From PVC group bacterium (GTDB taxonomy: Bacteria > Omnitrophota > Gorgyraeia > B26-G9): a DNA stretch of 64,000 nucleotides. A program made the translations under genes and the position numbers. Where the stretch lies: the NCBI GenBank assembly GCA_024231215.1, contig JAAEQR010000195.1:78755-142754 (forward strand), read 5' to 3'. Under the pieces are notes generated by a model, which was given only the letters and a program-made list of their open reading frames with translations, made no database searches and was not told the DNA's origin. Of the stretch, positions 9,212 to 20,500 are shown in pieces (position 1 is the first letter of the stretch; the number at the start of each line of letters is the position of its first letter).

Positions 9212-10609
9212 ATGGCAAAAATGAATCCAAAACAAGTTCCAATGCGGGAACAGCTGCCTAAGGATCGAATTAAAAACTTCAAAGAAGTTCCTTGTGGCTA
9301 TTCAGATGAAGAAGCAGTTATTGAAGCCAAAAGGTGTTTGCAGTGTAAAAACCAGCCGTGTGTATTAGGTTGCCCGGTAGAGATAGATATCCCGGGATTT
9401 GTTAAACTAATCGCCGAAGGAGATTTTCCCAGGGCAATAAAGAAGATGAAGGAGACGAACAGTCTTCCTGCGATATGCGGTAGGGTATGTCCTCAGGAAG
9501 ATCAGTGCCAGAAGGTATGTGTTGTTGGAAAGATGGGAGATCCGGTAGCGATTGGGCGTTTAGAAAGATTTATTGCGGATTGGGAGGCAAAGCAAGCTAA
9601 TATAGAGCTTCCTGAAATAAAAGCGCCTACCGGTAAAAAAGTAGCTTGTGTTGGAGGAGGTCCGGCTGGACTTACAGTTGCCGGAGAGTTGGTAAAGCTC
9701 GGGCACAGCGTGACTATATTTGAGGCATTGCATGAGTTGGGAGGAGTTTTAGTTTATGGGATTCCGGAATTCAGGTTGCCGAATAGTATTGTAGAAAGAG
9801 AAGTGGAATATATCCATTCTCTGGGAGTAGAAATTAAAAAATCTTTTATTGTCGGAAAACTAAAGACTATTGATGAATTTTTAGAAGAATTTGATGCTGT
9901 ATTTGTGGGAACAGGCGCTGGGCTTCCTTGGTTTATGGATCTTCCCGGCGAAAATTATAACGGCATATATTCGGCAAATGAGTATCTTACTCGGTCAAAT
10001 TTGATGAAGGCATATCTTTTTCCGGAATACGATACCCCGATTGAAAGGGGAAAGCAGGTTGCGGTAATCGGTGGGGGTAATGTGGCAATGGATTCAGTAA
10101 GAACCGCATTGCGTCTTGGTGCTGCGAAGGCTATGATTATATATAGAAGGTCGAAAAAAGAGATGCCGGCAAGGTTCGAAGAAATACACCATGCTGAGGA
10201 AGAAGGAGTTATTTTTGAATTTTTAACTTTACCGATTGCTTATCATGCCGATGATCAAGGCGGGGTTAAGGAAATGGAATGTTTAAAGATGGAATTGGGT
10301 GAGCCTGATGCTTCTGGAAGAAGACGTCCGGTACCTGTGGAAGGGTCTAATTTTAGAATTCCAGTGGATGTGGTGGTTGTGGCGATCGGTAACAGCCCGA
10401 ATCCTTTAGTTCCAGCTACTACTTCAGGACTTGAGATCGGAAAAAAAGGCAATATAGTAGTTGATGCGACTACTGGAAAAACCAGTAAAAAAGGAGTCTT
10501 TGCTGGAGGAGATATTGCAACCGGTGCGGCTACGGTGATTTCTGCGATGGGTGCAGGAAAAATCGCTGCTAAAAATATAGATGATTACTTAAAAACAGAA
10601 CAATGGTAA
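9212..10609 (+). CDS. nfnB: NfnB/SudA-type large subunit (often annotated as homotetrameric NADPH glutamate synthase)
   Basis: RCLQCKNQPCVLGCPV, CGRVCPQEDQC, GGGPAG, YGIPEFRLP, GGGNVAMD, GAATVISAMGAG. Adjacent to nfnA. Confidence 0.85.
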   Translation: MAKMNPKQVPMREQLPKDRIKNFKEVPCGYSDEEAVIEAKRCLQCKNQPCVLGCPVEIDIPGFVKLIAEGDFPRAIKKMKETNSLPAICGRVCPQEDQCQKVCVVGKMGDPVAIGRLERFIADWEAKQANIELPEIKAPTGKKVACVGGGPAGLTVAGELVKLGHSVTIFEALHELGGVLVYGIPEFRLPNSIVEREVEYIHSLGVEIKKSFIVGKLKTIDEFLEEFDAVFVGTGAGLPWFMDLPGENYNGIYSANEYLTRSNLMKAYLFPEYDTPIERGKQVAVIGGGNVAMDSVRTALRLGAAKAMIIYRRSKKEMPARFEEIHHAEEEGVIFEFLTLPIAYHADDQGGVKEMECLKMELGEPDASGRRRPVPVEGSNFRIPVDVVVVAIGNSPNPLVPATTSGLEIGKKGNIVVDATTGKTSKKGVFAGGDIATGAATVISAMGAGKIAAKNIDDYLKTEQW

Positions 10610-10627
10610 AATTACAATTAAATTATT

Positions 10628-11119
10628 ATGCAAAGATTTAGTAAAGACGGACGACTGATATTTCCTATACACGAGAGAGAAAATAAGGAATTAAAACATA
10701 AAGAACATAAAATTCGATATGTTATACAAAAAGCATATTGTCCGAATGGCTGTAACATCATGGATCCAGAACACAAAATCCATGATGTTGCTGGCCTGAG
10801 GATTAAATTTAAAAGACCAGGTGTTGAAGGTGAGTTTGTGATCTCTGCAATAGAGGGAGATTTTGATAAAATTATTCTATCGGGGATATTAAAGGATGGA
10901 GTAAAGGATGACCTTTATTGTCCGCATTGCAATGCTATGTTTAAAATACTTGTTAATTGCGATTGTAAGCCAGATGCAGACATGATCGTAATCGGATTGA
11001 CTCCGAAATTGGATTTTAATAATGCAATAACCTTTTGCAATGTGACTGGATGTAACACTGGAACATTTGTTAAGTCTGGAGATGTTATTAGACATATTAG
11101 ATTAGATAATTCGTTTTAA
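10628..11119 (+). CDS. Cys-rich hypothetical protein (possible metal binding)
   Basis: YCPNGC, YCPHC, CDC and FCNVTGC motifs in 163 aa; inside the operon. Confidence 0.7.
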   Translation: MQRFSKDGRLIFPIHERENKELKHKEHKIRYVIQKAYCPNGCNIMDPEHKIHDVAGLRIKFKRPGVEGEFVISAIEGDFDKIILSGILKDGVKDDLYCPHCNAMFKILVNCDCKPDADMIVIGLTPKLDFNNAITFCNVTGCNTGTFVKSGDVIRHIRLDNSF

Positions 11120-11148
11120 GTACACTTTGTAACCTTAGGAGACAGAAG

Positions 11149-12351
11149 ATGTCAGAAGAATTAATTAAACAAGCAAAAGAGAAATTTGCAGTGATCATCG
11201 AAGAACAGTTAATGCGGGTTGAAGAGATGAAAAAAGGTGCGGCATGGACCGACTTTTCAAAGCTGTCCCCGATTATTATCGGCGTGTGTTTTGGTGACGG
11301 GATTGGTGAAATTATTTCAAAACACGCGGAAACAGTTTTATCTCATATACTCAAAGATGAAGTGGCCAACGGTAAAGTTAAGTTTAAAGATATTGCCGGG
11401 CTTACGATCGAAAACCGGGCGGCTCAAAAAAAAGCAATCCCTGATGATGTTCTTGAAGAAATAAAGTCTTGTCATGTTATTCTTAAAGGTCCGACGACAA
11501 CTCCGCAGAAAGGCGATAATTGGCCGAATATTGAAAGCGCGAATGTAGCGATGCGCAGATATCTGGATCTTTTTGCTAATGTCCGGCCGGTACGTATTCC
11601 CCAAGAAGGAATTGACTGGTGTTTCTTTCGTGAAAATACAGAAGGCGCTTATGTGTTAGGTTCAAAAGGTTTTGACGTAACTGAAGATTTAAGTATAGAT
11701 TTTAAGGTTATTACTGAACAGGGTGCGGAACGAATTATTCGCATGGCATTTGAATATGCTAAAAATAATAACATTGATAGGGTTACAGTAGTAACTAAAT
11801 CTAATGTTGTTAAGACTACTGACGGCAGATTTTCACAGGTTGCGTTTCGGATTGCAAACGAGTATCCGGGAATTAAGCTGGATGAATGGTATATTGATAT
11901 TATGACCGCAAAACTTATTGATCCGGCCCGGCGTAAAGATTTTAAAGTAATGGTTCTTCCAAATCTTTACGGTGATATTCTTACGGATGAGGCTGCACAG
12001 ATGCAGGGTGGTGTTGGTACAGCGGGAAGTGCTAATATTGGAAAACATTGGTCGATGTTTGAGGCAATTCATGGTAGTGCTCCGCGGATGGTTAAAGAAG
12101 GCAGAGCTAAATTTGCTGATCCTTGTTCTATGATTCGTGCTAGCGCGATGCTGCTGCGACATATTGGCTATCCTGAACGCGCGGAGAAAGTAGAGATGGC
12201 TTTGGAGGTATGTGGTACGTATGAGAAAAAAATGGTAATTACCGGCAGAGATTCCGGAGTTACCGGAGAAGAGTATACTCAGTATTTATTATCCTGGGTG
12301 GATAATCCGGAGCTTAAGACTCGCTGGGGACAAGGAGTTAACAAAAGTTAA
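11149..12351 (+). CDS. Isocitrate/isopropylmalate dehydrogenase family protein (likely isocitrate dehydrogenase)
   Basis: GDGIG, LKGPTTTP, SANVAMRRYLDLFANVRPV, RENTEGAY, LPNLYGDILTDEAA, FEAIHGSAP. Located next to gdhA. Confidence 0.85.
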   Translation: MSEELIKQAKEKFAVIIEEQLMRVEEMKKGAAWTDFSKLSPIIIGVCFGDGIGEIISKHAETVLSHILKDEVANGKVKFKDIAGLTIENRAAQKKAIPDDVLEEIKSCHVILKGPTTTPQKGDNWPNIESANVAMRRYLDLFANVRPVRIPQEGIDWCFFRENTEGAYVLGSKGFDVTEDLSIDFKVITEQGAERIIRMAFEYAKNNNIDRVTVVTKSNVVKTTDGRFSQVAFRIANEYPGIKLDEWYIDIMTAKLIDPARRKDFKVMVLPNLYGDILTDEAAQMQGGVGTAGSANIGKHWSMFEAIHGSAPRMVKEGRAKFADPCSMIRASAMLLRHIGYPERAEKVEMALEVCGTYEKKMVITGRDSGVTGEEYTQYLLSWVDNPELKTRWGQGVNKS

Positions 12352-12429
12352 GGTAAGGGAGGTAAGATGCAAGTTAAAGAAACAAAGAAAAAAAGAAAAC
12401 TTATTGAAAAAGAAGGAGGAGAGAAAATA

Positions 12430-13767
12430 ATGGATGCAAAAGTAAAACAGTTTATGGAAGGTGTTATCAAAAGAAACCCGGGAGAATCGGAGTTTCATCA
12501 GGCAGTGCAGGAAGTTGCTGAATCGGTGATGCCGTTTATCGACGCAAATCCAAAATATAAGAAAGCAAAAATTTTAGAAAGAATAGCAGAACCGGAAAGA
12601 GTAATAATGTTCCGGGTGCCGTGGAAGACTGATAAAGGTGAAGTTGAGGTTAACCGAGGTTTTCGAATTGAGATGAATAGCGCTATTGGTCCTTACAAAG
12701 GTGGATTACGTTTTCATCCAACTGTTTATTTAGGGATTTTGAAATTTCTTGCTTTTGAGCAGGTATTTAAAAACAGCTTAACTACTTTGCCTATGGGCGG
12801 CGGAAAAGGCGGTTCTGATTTTGATCCTAAAGGAAAATCTGATAATGAAGTAATGAGTTTTTGCCAGAGTTTTATGACTGAACTCTCGCGTCATATCGGG
12901 CCTGATACAGATGTTCCTGCAGGAGATATTGGTGTTGGCGGACGTGAAATTGGGTTTATGTTTGGGCAATATAAAAGAATCCGCAATGAGTTTACCGGAA
13001 TTTTAACTGGTAAAGGGCTTAATTGGGGTGGTAGTTTGATTAGACCGGAAGCTACTGGCTATGGTTGTGTTTATTTTGTTGAAGCGATGTTGAATCATCT
13101 TGGCGATTCTTTAAATGGAAAAGTTTGTACTGTATCCGGGGCTGGAAACGTTGCACAATATACAGTAGAGAAGGTAAACCAGTTGGGCGGCAAATGTGTT
13201 ACTTTATCTGATTCCGGTGGATATATTTATGATAAAGATGGGATTGATGCAAATAAGCTGGCATTTGTGATGAAGCTTAAGAATATAAAGCGCGGCAGAA
13301 TTAAAGAATACGCGGATAAATACGGTTGTAAATATGTTGCGAATAAACGTCCTTGGGATGTTAAATGTGATGTGGCTTTTCCTTCGGCTACGCAGAATGA
13401 AATAAATAAGGAAGATGCTAAAGCTTTAGTAAAGAATGGATGTATTGCTATCGGTGAAGGCGCAAACATGCCTACAACTCCTGATGGAGTAGAAGTATTT
13501 CAGAAAGCCAAAATTTGTTACGGTCCGGGTAAAGCAGCTAATGCCGGTGGAGTAGCAACTTCTGGTTTGGAAATGTCTCAGAACAGCTTAAGGTTGTCCT
13601 GGAGTCGTGAAGAAGTAGACAAGCGTTTGCATAATATTATGCTGGACATTCATGCACAGTGTGTAAAATACGGTACAAGTGGAGAGCATGTTGATTATGT
13701 AAAAGGTGCGAATATCGGAGGATTTGTTAAAGTAGCTGATTCAATGCTTGATCAGGGAATAGTGTAA
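12430..13767 (+). CDS. gdhA: NADP-specific glutamate dehydrogenase
   Basis: [56 protein letters not shown]. Start moved to ATG 12430, which follows the RBS ggaggag. Confidence 0.95.
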   Translation: MDAKVKQFMEGVIKRNPGESEFHQAVQEVAESVMPFIDANPKYKKAKILERIAEPERVIMFRVPWKTDKGEVEVNRGFRIEMNSAIGPYKGGLRFHPTVYLGILKFLAFEQVFKNSLTTLPMGGGKGGSDFDPKGKSDNEVMSFCQSFMTELSRHIGPDTDVPAGDIGVGGREIGFMFGQYKRIRNEFTGILTGKGLNWGGSLIRPEATGYGCVYFVEAMLNHLGDSLNGKVCTVSGAGNVAQYTVEKVNQLGGKCVTLSDSGGYIYDKDGIDANKLAFVMKLKNIKRGRIKEYADKYGCKYVANKRPWDVKCDVAFPSATQNEINKEDAKALVKNGCIAIGEGANMPTTPDGVEVFQKAKICYGPGKAANAGGVATSGLEMSQNSLRLSWSREEVDKRLHNIMLDIHAQCVKYGTSGEHVDYVKGANIGGFVKVADSMLDQGIV

Positions 13768-13784
13768 GATATACTAGTTAGAGC

Positions 13785-13830
13785 AATAAAAAACCGCTTC
13801 TGAGTAAAATTAGAGGCGGTTTTTTTATTT
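13785..13830 (+). terminator. Intrinsic (bidirectional-type) terminator after gdhA
   Basis: aataaaaaaccgcttct...agaggcggtttttttatt inverted repeat with A- and T-tracts. Confidence 0.85.
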
Positions 13831-13911
13831 CCATCGACAAAACTAGAGATAAATAATAAAATATTATGTGTTAACCCGGATTTTATTTTTAACTGGAACT
13901 TATGGAGCGCG

Positions 13912-15300
13912 ATGTTATTTAATTCTCTTGAATTTCTCATTTTTTTTCTTATTATATACGGTTTATACCTTATTCTGTCGCATCGTTGGCAGAACCGAAT
14001 GCTTCTTTTGGCAAGTTATATTTTTTATGGGTTTTGGGATTATCGATTTTTGTCTTTAATTTTTATTTCTACTCTGGTAGATTATTTTTGTGGATTGGGG
14101 ATTGAATCAAGTCAGAATATTACTCGCTGCCGAAGACTCCTTATAATTAGCATAGTTGTAAATCTTTCTTTGCTGGGCGTATTTAAGTATTTCAATTTTT
14201 TTGCTTCCGGACTTAGCTTGCTTTTAAGTAATATTGGCATTGGGGCTGATTTGAGATCTTTAAATATTATTCTTCCTGTAGGAATTTCATTTTATACGTT
14301 TCAAACGATGAGCTATACAATCGATATTTATCGCGGGAAATTGAAACCGACACGGAAATTTTTGGATTTTGCTTTGTTCGTGGCTTTTTTCCCTCAGCTG
14401 GTTGCCGGTCCGATTGAAAGAGCTCGCAGGCTTCTGCCTCAAATCTTGCAGCCTAGAAAATTATCACTTAATTCTTTTTATGAAGGATGTTTTTTGATTT
14501 TCTGGGGTCTTTTTGAAAAGATTTTTATTTCCGGAAACCTGGCCTTGATTGTTGATCCGGTATTTGCTGAGCAATACCAGGGTGACGGAGGCCGAGTATT
14601 GATTGCCTTGTACGCGTTTGCCTTTCAGATTTTTTGTGATTTTGACGGATATTCTAATATCGCGCGTGGGCTGGGAAAATGCATGGGATTTGAGTTGATG
14701 AACAACTTTAATATCCCGTACATTGCAGCTGATCCGAAGGAATTCTGGCAGAGGTGGCATATAAGTTTGTCGAGCTGGTTGCGGGATTATCTTTATATCC
14801 CCTTAGGTGGCAACCGGGGATCCCGGGGCAGGACAAACTGTAATTTGATGCTTACAATGCTGCTTGGTGGATTATGGCATGGTGCAGCCTGGACATTTGT
14901 TGCGTGGGGAGCTTATCACGGGATACTGCTGATTATTTACCGCCGATTGAATATAGTAACAAAAAAGTTTTTAGCAATACGTATTTTTCTATTTTTCCAC
15001 ATTATTACTTTAAGTTGGCTTTTATTCAGAGCTGAATCTTTTGCGCAGGTTAACGAGATGTTTGCGGCTATGTTATTTAATTTGCGATTTGCGCCGGATA
15101 CAATTTTAATTTTTTTGCGTATGCTTATAATTATTTTACCTTTACTATGTGTTCAAGTTGGTCAATATGTTACGAAGGATCGTTTATTTCTTTTCCGGCG
15201 TCATTGGCTGATAAAGACATTTATTTACGCGGTGTTTGTTTATCTTATGGCGGTTTGGGGTATATTTAGTGCTGAGGAGTTTATATATTTTCAGTTTTAA
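13912..15300 (+). CDS. MBOAT family O-acyltransferase (AlgI/PatA/DltB-like)
   Basis: MLFNS..F, LPVGISFYTFQTMSY, FFPQLVAGPIER, FWQRWHISLSSWLRDYLYIPLGG, GLWHGA. Confidence 0.92.
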   Translation: MLFNSLEFLIFFLIIYGLYLILSHRWQNRMLLLASYIFYGFWDYRFLSLIFISTLVDYFCGLGIESSQNITRCRRLLIISIVVNLSLLGVFKYFNFFASGLSLLLSNIGIGADLRSLNIILPVGISFYTFQTMSYTIDIYRGKLKPTRKFLDFALFVAFFPQLVAGPIERARRLLPQILQPRKLSLNSFYEGCFLIFWGLFEKIFISGNLALIVDPVFAEQYQGDGGRVLIALYAFAFQIFCDFDGYSNIARGLGKCMGFELMNNFNIPYIAADPKEFWQRWHISLSSWLRDYLYIPLGGNRGSRGRTNCNLMLTMLLGGLWHGAAWTFVAWGAYHGILLIIYRRLNIVTKKFLAIRIFLFFHIITLSWLLFRAESFAQVNEMFAAMLFNLRFAPDTILIFLRMLIIILPLLCVQVGQYVTKDRLFLFRRHWLIKTFIYAVFVYLMAVWGIFSAEEFIYFQF

Positions 15301-15314
15301 AATTGGATGGTGTC

Positions 15315-16217
15315 ATGAAGAATAGTGTTGAGGTACGCCGTATATTTAGAATTATACTTTTTTTACTGTTTCTGGAGATAATCTGCCGGATTGGCGGAAT
15401 TATTGTTCTTGAGGGATATGAACAGCGTAATAGATTAGATATGCACAATAAACAACTTTACCGCATTCTTTGTATTGGGGAATCAGTGACATTATCCACG
15501 GTTACTCCGTCTTATCCTGAATTACTTGAGCAAGTGCTGAATAGACTTACGCGAACACAAAAAGTAAAGGTTATAAATAAAGGTATTGCCGGAGCATCTA
15601 CAGAAACAGTTTTTAAATCGTTGGATAAGATGCTGAATAAATATGAACCTGACTTGGTTGTGCTGATGCTGGGAGTAAATGACGCAAAGATGATTGTTAG
15701 CCGCGAACAGCTTTTTGTGGTGCGTTGGGAGCGTTGCTTGAATAAGCTTAAAACATATCGTTTATTTAAGCAACTAATTAAGCAGGCGCTTTTCCGGATG
15801 CAGCATACTAAAGAAGAAAATATTATTGTTGATCAGAATGATGCGGTAATTAGGCAGCCTCCGCGTCCAACATCTTTAGAAGAGCAGGCGTTGTTTTTAT
15901 CTGCAGTCCGAGAGCCTCAGGCAGTAACACTTAATAATTTTCGTAAAATCGCCGGGAAAATTTTTGGATACGGGAGTAGACTGGTTATAATGCAATATCC
16001 GCTGGTTGATATTGAGCTTTTGCAAGAACATTTAAAAGAATATCCTCAGATTATTTTTGTTGAAAATAAAGATAATTTTACCGAAGCTTTGCGATTTGCT
16101 TCTATGGAAGAGTATTTTATCGATCTTTTTGCCGCTGAATTTGGCCATTGCACAGTAGCGGGGAATGAATTGATTGCCGAAGAATTGGCCAAAGCCATAA
16201 AAAACAACTGTTTCTAA
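15315..16217 (+). CDS. Membrane-anchored SGNH/GDSL hydrolase-family protein (likely O-acetyltransferase partner of the MBOAT)
   Basis: RILCIGESVT (block I), NKGIAG (II), MLGVND (III), EFGHCTVAGN (V); N-terminal TM helix. Start uncertain (15303 or 15315). Confidence 0.75.
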   Translation: MKNSVEVRRIFRIILFLLFLEIICRIGGIIVLEGYEQRNRLDMHNKQLYRILCIGESVTLSTVTPSYPELLEQVLNRLTRTQKVKVINKGIAGASTETVFKSLDKMLNKYEPDLVVLMLGVNDAKMIVSREQLFVVRWERCLNKLKTYRLFKQLIKQALFRMQHTKEENIIVDQNDAVIRQPPRPTSLEEQALFLSAVREPQAVTLNNFRKIAGKIFGYGSRLVIMQYPLVDIELLQEHLKEYPQIIFVENKDNFTEALRFASMEEYFIDLFAAEFGHCTVAGNELIAEELAKAIKNNCF

Positions 16218-16249
16218 CTTATTTATTGCCAACGCATTATATGTTTGTA

Positions 16250-16278
16250 TTGACAAAATCTGTTATTTATGTTAAATT
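16250..16278 (+). promoter_or_regulatory. Sigma70-type promoter of the carA operon
   Basis: TTGACA (16250-16255), 17-nt spacer, TAAATT (16273-16278) with an extended -10 TG. Confidence 0.6.
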
Positions 16279-16291
16279 CTTATTAATTCAG

Positions 16292-16331
16292 GAACAAAGG
16301 TGTTCACCGAAAGGGAGAGCGTCTTTTTTTT
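16292..16331 (+). promoter_or_regulatory. Leader attenuator: ANTAR-type hexaloop hairpin overlapping an intrinsic terminator
   Basis: GAAC-AAAGGT-GTTC hairpin (16292-16305). The alternative stem pairs AAAGGTGTTC with GAGCGTCTTT, has a CC-GAAA-GG cap, and is followed by T8. Confidence 0.72.
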
Positions 16332-16477
16332 ATGCCTTTTTGCGTAAAAAATATGATTTAAAAAAAGACTTTTTAAATAATTAATATTGTATTATAATTA
16401 GATAAATTATAATCCCTTCAGATTTCAGGACTTCTTAGAAATCCGCAAGATAGAACATAAACATAAATATAATTTTA

Positions 16478-17584
16478 ATGGATACCCTTGTGTGTAATCA
16501 TAAGCGACAAAGAGCAAAACTTGCGTTAGAAGATGGCAGAATATTTCCCGGATTTTCTTTTGGTGCTACGGGAACTGCTTTGGGAGAAGTTGTCTTTAAT
16601 ACCAGCTTAGCTGGATACCAGGAAATACTCACAGATCCTTCCTACAAAGGTCAGATGGTAACAATGACCTATCCTCTTATTGGTAATTATGGTGTAAATG
16701 AAGAAGATGTTGAATCACATAAACCTTTTGTTGAAGCATTTATTGTAAAAGAATGTAGTCGTATTGCCAGTAATTGGCGTTCTACGATGACCTTAGATGA
16801 ATATCTTAAAAAGAATAATATTATTGGTATCGAAGGGGTAGATACACGTGCGATTACCCGTCATGCAAGATTGCAGGGAGCAATGAAGGCGGTGCTTTCC
16901 ACCGAAGACTTAGATGATAAAAGTTTAGTTGCAAAAGCAAAAGCTTCAACTGGACTGGTGGGAGTGGATTTAGTCAAAGAAGTAACTTCTTCTGAAATCA
17001 AGCATTGGACAAAAGAAGGTAAATATAAAGTTGTTGTTTTAGATTGCGGAGTAAAACTGAATATTTTAAGAGAATTAGCAGGACTTGATTGCCAGGTGAT
17101 TGTTGTTCCGGCATCTACTACAGCAGAAGAGATCCTGGCTTTAAATCCTGACGGGCTTATGCTTTCTAATGGCCCGGGAGATCCAGCTGCTGTAACATAT
17201 GTTGTTGAGACGGTGAAACAATTAATCGGAAAACTGCCGATGTTCGGCATTTGTCTTGGCCATCAGATGTTGGGACAGGCTTTAGGCGGAAAAACATATA
17301 AACTTAAGTTTGGCCATCATGGGGGTAATCAGCCGGTAAAAGATCTTAAAACAGGCAAGATCGATATTAGTGTGCAGAATCATGGATTTTGCGTGGATAT
17401 CGATTCATTAAATAAAGATGATATCGAAATTACACATATTAATCTTAATGATCAGACTTTAGAGGGAATTCGGCATAAAAAACTGCCGATTATCTCAGTG
17501 CAGTTTCATCCGGAAGCTTGTCCTGGTCCGCATGATTCAAAATATTTATTTAAACAATTTATGGAAATGATAGAAAATGCCTAA
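16478..17584 (+). CDS. carA: Carbamoyl-phosphate synthase small (glutaminase) subunit
   Basis: [38 protein letters not shown]. Confidence 0.97.
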   Translation: MDTLVCNHKRQRAKLALEDGRIFPGFSFGATGTALGEVVFNTSLAGYQEILTDPSYKGQMVTMTYPLIGNYGVNEEDVESHKPFVEAFIVKECSRIASNWRSTMTLDEYLKKNNIIGIEGVDTRAITRHARLQGAMKAVLSTEDLDDKSLVAKAKASTGLVGVDLVKEVTSSEIKHWTKEGKYKVVVLDCGVKLNILRELAGLDCQVIVVPASTTAEEILALNPDGLMLSNGPGDPAAVTYVVETVKQLIGKLPMFGICLGHQMLGQALGGKTYKLKFGHHGGNQPVKDLKTGKIDISVQNHGFCVDIDSLNKDDIEITHINLNDQTLEGIRHKKLPIISVQFHPEACPGPHDSKYLFKQFMEMIENA

Positions 17585-20500
17585 GAGTACAGACATTAAA
17601 AAAATATTAATTATCGGTTCTGGTCCGATTATCATCGGTCAGGCTTGTGAGTTTGATTATTCCGGAACTCAGGCGTGTAAAGCGCTTAGAGAGGAAGGAT
17701 ATGAAGTAGTCTTGGTGAATTCTAACCCGGCAACGATTATGACCGACCCGGAGACAGCTGATTCTATTTATATCGAACCGATTACTCCGGAAGTAGTGAT
17801 TAAGATTATCGAAAAAGAACGTCCGGATGCTATCCTGCCTACATTGGGAGGTCAGACAGGTTTAAATATAGCAATGAAAGTTGCCGAAAGCGGTGCTTTA
17901 GAAAAATATAATGTAAAGATGATCGGAGCAAACGCTGCAGCAATTAAAAAAGCCGAAGATAGAAAAGATTTTAAAGAAGCAATGCAGAATATAGAATTGG
18001 ATGTGCCCAAAAGTGCACTTGCGTATACCATGGAAGAGGCACTTGGGGCTTTAGATGATATTGGTTTGCCGATAATCATAAGGCCTAGTTTTACCATGGG
18101 TGGTACTGGCGGTGGAATTGCGCATACAAAGGAAGAATTTGAGCGTATTTGTGCTTTAGGTTTAAAAAGCAGTATGATCAACGAAGTGCTTGTAGAAGAA
18201 TCAATTCTCGGCTGGAAAGAATATGAATTAGAAGTAATGCGGGATACAAAAGACAATGTAGTAATTGTCTGCTCAATTGAGAACTTTGATCCCATGGGGA
18301 TTCATACCGGCGATTCGATCACTGTTGCTCCGGCGCAGACTTTGACAGATGTTGAGTATCAGAAAATGAGAAATGCCGCTTTAGCGATTATGCGGGAGAT
18401 TGGAGTTGAGACAGGTGGCTCTAATGTGCAGTTTGCCGTAAATCCAAAAGACGGAAGAATGGTTGTTATTGAAATGAATCCGCGGGTATCGCGCAGTTCA
18501 GCCTTAGCTAGTAAAGCAACCGGATTTCCGATTGCTAAATTCGCGGCAAAGCTTGCTGTAGGATATACGTTAGACGAAATACAAAATGATATTACAAAAG
18601 AAACTCCGGCTTCTTTTGAACCTACAATAGATTATTGTGTAGTGAAAATCCCGCGGTTTACATTCGAAAAGTTTCCGGAAGCAAAAGATGTTCTGGGTAT
18701 CTCCATGAAATCTGTAGGAGAAACCATGGCGATTGGCCGGACTTTTAAAGAAGCTTTGCAAAAAGGCCTGCGTGGTTTGGAAATAGGGCATACGGGATTT
18801 GATAATAAGCAGAAGTTTACTGATATCTCTGAGGAAAAAATGATGCATCGTTTAAAAGAACCAAATGCTTCTCGCATTTTTTATATGAAATACGCTTTGC
18901 AGAGAGGCATGAGTATCGAAGAGCTTTATGAGATAACAAAAGTCGATCCCTGGTTTATTAGTAATCTTAAAGAGATCGTTGAATTAGAAAAAGAGATTGT
19001 AAACCATAGTAGTAAGACTAAGGGTATGGGATTTGATATTGAAATTTTAGAACAGGCTAAGCAGTGGGGATTTAGTGATAAACAAATTGCCGATTTAATT
19101 CAAACTGAGGAATCGGCAGTGCGGCATTTCCGAAAGAAACAAGGGCTTGAAGCTACCTATAAATTGGTTGATACATGTGCCGCGGAATTCGAAGCATATA
19201 CGCCGTATTATTATTCTACTTATGAGACTGAGGATGAGGCTAGGTCTAGTGATAAGAAAAAGATTATGATTTTGGGCGGCGGTCCGAATCGGATTGGCCA
19301 AGGGATTGAATTTGATTATTGTTGCTGTCACGCGGCGTTTGCGCTGAAGGAATTAGGTTATGAAACAATAATGGTTAATTCAAATCCGGAAACAGTTTCT
19401 ACGGATTACGATACTTCAGATAAATTATATTTTGAGCCGCTTACTTTTGAAGATGTAATGAATATCGTTGATAAGGAAAAACCAGATGGAATTATTGTGC
19501 AGTTTGGCGGACAGACCCCGCTGAATCTCGCTAAACGGCTTTTGGATGCAGGGGCTCCGATTATCGGAACATCTGTAGAATCAATTGACCGGGCTGAAGA
19601 TAGGGATAAATTTTCAAAACTGGTTAAAAAATTAAGAATACATCAGCCGGCTAATGGTTCGGCAACAAATAAAGAAGAAGCATTGGAAATCGCTAGTGAA
19701 ATTGGGTATCCGGTTTTAGTGCGTCCATCATATGTGCTTGGCGGACGGTCGATGAAAATAGTCTATAACGATGATGATTTAAATGAGTTTATTAAAGAAG
19801 CAAAAGATACAAGCAAAGATAAACCGATTCTTATTGATAAATTCTTAGAAGACGCAGTAGAAGTTGATGTAGATGCAATATCGGATGGTGAGATGACAGT
19901 TATCGGCGGGATTATGGAACATATTGAAGAAGCCGGGGTGCATTCCGGTGATTCAGCGTGTGTGCTTCCCCCGCATACATTAAGCGATGATATTATTGAT
20001 AAAATCCGAAAGGATACTTTGGCAATGTCAAAAGAGCTAAAGGTAAAAGGGTTGCTTAATATTCAGTTTGCCGTAAAAAAAGATAAAGTATATGTCTTAG
20101 AAGTTAATCCCAGGGCTTCACGTACAGTGCCTTTTGTAAGTAAAGCTACCGGGGTTCCATTAGCTAAAATCGCGGCAAAGGTAATGTCCGGCAAGAAATT
20201 AACAGAGCTTGGATTTACCGATGAAATAAAAGTTGAACATTTTTCCGTAAAAGAATCAGTGCTTCCTTTTTCACGTTTCTCCGGCGTGGATGTTTTGTTA
20301 GGCCCGGAGATGAAATCTACCGGGGAAGTAATGGGAATTGATACTTCGTTTGGGCAGGCGTTTTATAAAGCTCAGATTGCTGCGGGTACTGTTTTGCCGA
20401 GGGAAGGAACAATTTTTATTAGTGTTAAGAATGATGATAAGCGGAATATCGTATTTATAGCTAAGAAACTATATGACATGGGCTATTCGATCATGGCGAC

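Noticed and set aside
9212-10609. Second gltD / duplicated glutamate synthase
   Set aside because: Pairing with an upstream NfnA/SudB-type gene and the GGGNVAMD and YGIPEFRLP motifs indicate NfnB/SudA, not a GltB partner.
12367-12429. N-terminal extension of GdhA in the ORF track
   Set aside because: The purine-rich stretch contains the RBS for ATG 12430, where GdhA homology begins.
13868-14059. Out-of-frame ORF overlapping the MBOAT start
   Set aside because: It is a shadow ORF; the MBOAT has the canonical MLFNS start with its own RBS.
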